Below, one piece after another: positions 62,237 to 64,000 of a stretch of 64,000 nucleotides of DNA. Within the stretch, counting starts at the first letter, position 1. Each line of letters opens with the position of its first letter. A model generated the notes under the pieces. It was not told the DNA's origin and ran no database searches. It worked only from the letters and a program-made list of their open reading frames with translations. A program made the translations under genes and the position numbers. This DNA is from Spongospora subterranea f. sp. subterranea (taxonomy: Eukaryota), in contig JAUGWO010000104.1 in NCBI GenBank assembly GCA_049724395.1, positions 1 through 64,000 of the forward strand. The letters run 5' to 3'.

Positions 62237-63032
62237 ATGATCGGGACGACATTGGGTAAGGAATATCACCTATTCACCATATTCGGCATCGAAGTATGCT
62301 GCGATATCGGTCTCCCCATACTCATGGCCTTCATGGCGCTCACGTCGTTGCAGCGGATGCATAGCGTCACTCTGGCTGTGATCGATGCGCTCGCCGTCGT
62401 CGTCATTATCCTTGTCCATGTATTGTGATCACCTGATCTGGATCGCCGTGTGCTCTCGCTAAAATGTCCATTGGAATAACGTTTAGGAATTCGGACATGC
62501 TTTAATGGCGAAATCATTCAAATTATCGCCGGGAATCCATTTGAGCTTGTTTAATGGATTCTGTCGGCATTCTGGGGAGACAACTTCATTTCGGCGATTT
62601 CTGATTCTTGCTGCTGGTGGATTATCGGGAATTGCCTTTGGCCTTGCAATGCTTGGCGTTTTGTCAGCGGTTTCGACCAGATCCCTTATCTACGGGGCGC
62701 TGAAAAATTGGACCTGGCAATCTATCTACGTAAACGTGGGCAACCTCGTTCTCCCTATTTATTCACTGGACGGTGGCCAAATTTTCGACATCTTTGTTAG
62801 AAAATGCGTTAGCGGCCAATATCTGTGCACATGGATCGTTCATGGAACGGGGTTCATTCTGTCCTTAATCATGCTGATGCTCAGCGTAGTTTATATGAGA
62901 GGAAGTTACTTTCTGGCCGCGATCGCCTTCATGCTGTTGTACGAGAATGGCCAGACGTTGGCCAATGCCATGCAAGAAAAACGTCGCCAGCGGGTGTTGA
63001 TAACATCTGGATCGTATCGAGACCACGTCTGA
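62237..63032 (+). CDS. Site-2 protease-like intramembrane metalloprotease (M50 family), 2 exons
   Basis: The spliced junction gives IILVH|EFGHALMA (HExxH), followed by LAAGG and NVGNLVLPIYSLDGGQI (NxxPxxxxDG); several TM segments. Confidence 0.85.
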
Positions 63033-63370
63033 TGTCCGATCATGCGGATTGTACCAAACAATAATAGACAATCTCAGTAAATTCAGCAAGCGATAACCAA
63101 AAATAATTTGTCAACAGGGTGAGACCCCCGATTTTCGCAGGAGATCAACAGTTTGTTGGTGGTCAGAGGATGTCAGAGGTATCTCTTGGGTGTGTGTGGG
63201 CGGAGCCTCTCACTTTATATATACACTGGGTTAAGTCGCTCCCGCCGCTGTAGCGCCAGGAACACTGTTCGTCCCGATACGGGACAACGGCTTCCTGCAA
63301 TCTTTTCGAATTGATTTTTGGCGAAAAAATCAATCCGGGAACAACTCTATCTGGCCGGGTCGACGGTAGC

Positions 63371-64000
63371 ATGATCGTCGACGATCATGATCAAAACCCG
63401 GCATCCACGTTCAGTACTTTGGTCGTCGATCGTGCCGCTCTGGTCGTTTCATTCGCGATATTCGCGAGGTTGGCCGCTTCCGACGATGCCAGCGCCCTGA
63501 TCATCGCTTGCCCTATTTTCTGCATCCAGGCGCTGATAGCTGCTCTGCAGATGGGGAAAACCCTGTTTTCAACCAAGCGGTTTTCCTACAAACAGGTTTT
63601 ATCGATATCCTCGTCGGCGATTGCAATGTCGGCAACAGTCGTTCTATCAATATGTGGTGTACGATCGCTAGGATTGTTCAAAAGCTTAATCGTTTTCCGG
63701 TATTCCGAGTATCTCCTGGTGCTAACGCCTGCGCTAGCGATCATTCAGCAAGTTATCCCCATTGGCGCTCGTTCCTCAATCGGTTCCAGTCGGCCATTAT
63801 CAAGTCGCAAAATCAAGACCATTCTCCTGTGCATCGCCGCAGCAATGTTGATCGTTGTTTTCACCCCGTCATCTTCTGTATCATCTCTCGAGCCAGATCG
63901 TGCCGAATCCAAGCCGTCTTCATCACAAGATCCGCTGACAGGTTTGTTGTGCGCTTTCCAATCTGCGTTATGATTTGTTCATTGAATCTCTCAGATAAAG
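63371..64000 (+). CDS. Polytopic membrane protein; resembles the N-terminal region of ZnT5/SLC30A5-type zinc transporters (probably partial)
   Basis: Multiple TM segments. GVRSLGLFKSLIVFRYSEYLLV resembles the ZnT5 N-terminal motif as I recall it. The CDF domain is not in the window. Confidence 0.5.

Overview
Gene-dense eukaryotic DNA with many short (about 45-70 nt), mostly GT-AG introns. The gene content (RABL2, mitochondrial HslV, TIM21, GnT-I) and compact architecture point to a flagellated protist; a plasmodiophorid-like organism is my tentative guess, not shown by the sequence. The first 9.4 kb is a mobile-element island around a RABL2 gene. It holds a decayed RT/RNase H LINE, a 74-bp hairpin-rich tandem array, an apparently intact 3.1-kb Mutator (MULE) transposon with a 9-bp target duplication and foldback-like ends, and a decayed, internally duplicated SHOCT/zinc-finger remnant. 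The rest is mostly housekeeping genes: HslV, Aladin, M20 peptidase, GnT-I, VID27, WDR44-like, Derlin, STE20 kinase, PI4K-alpha, ceramidase, condensin H, WKF protein, Sel1-repeat protein, S10 carboxypeptidase, TIM21, PPCDC, M50 protease, ZnT5-like, and tRNA-Gly(TCC). The most unusual items are a protein with five tandem GYF domains, the foldback-type MULE, two introns that as assembled need GA donors, a TTAA-flanked hairpin element beside an atypical U1:A72 tRNA-Gly, a 10-finger Kruppel-type protein, and a protein with about 37 13-aa repeats. Several 1-2 nt frameshifts in otherwise intact genes suggest assembly indel errors, which tempers some findings. I found no CRISPR array or RNA-guided nuclease. 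Exon boundaries were read by eye and gene ends are approximate.
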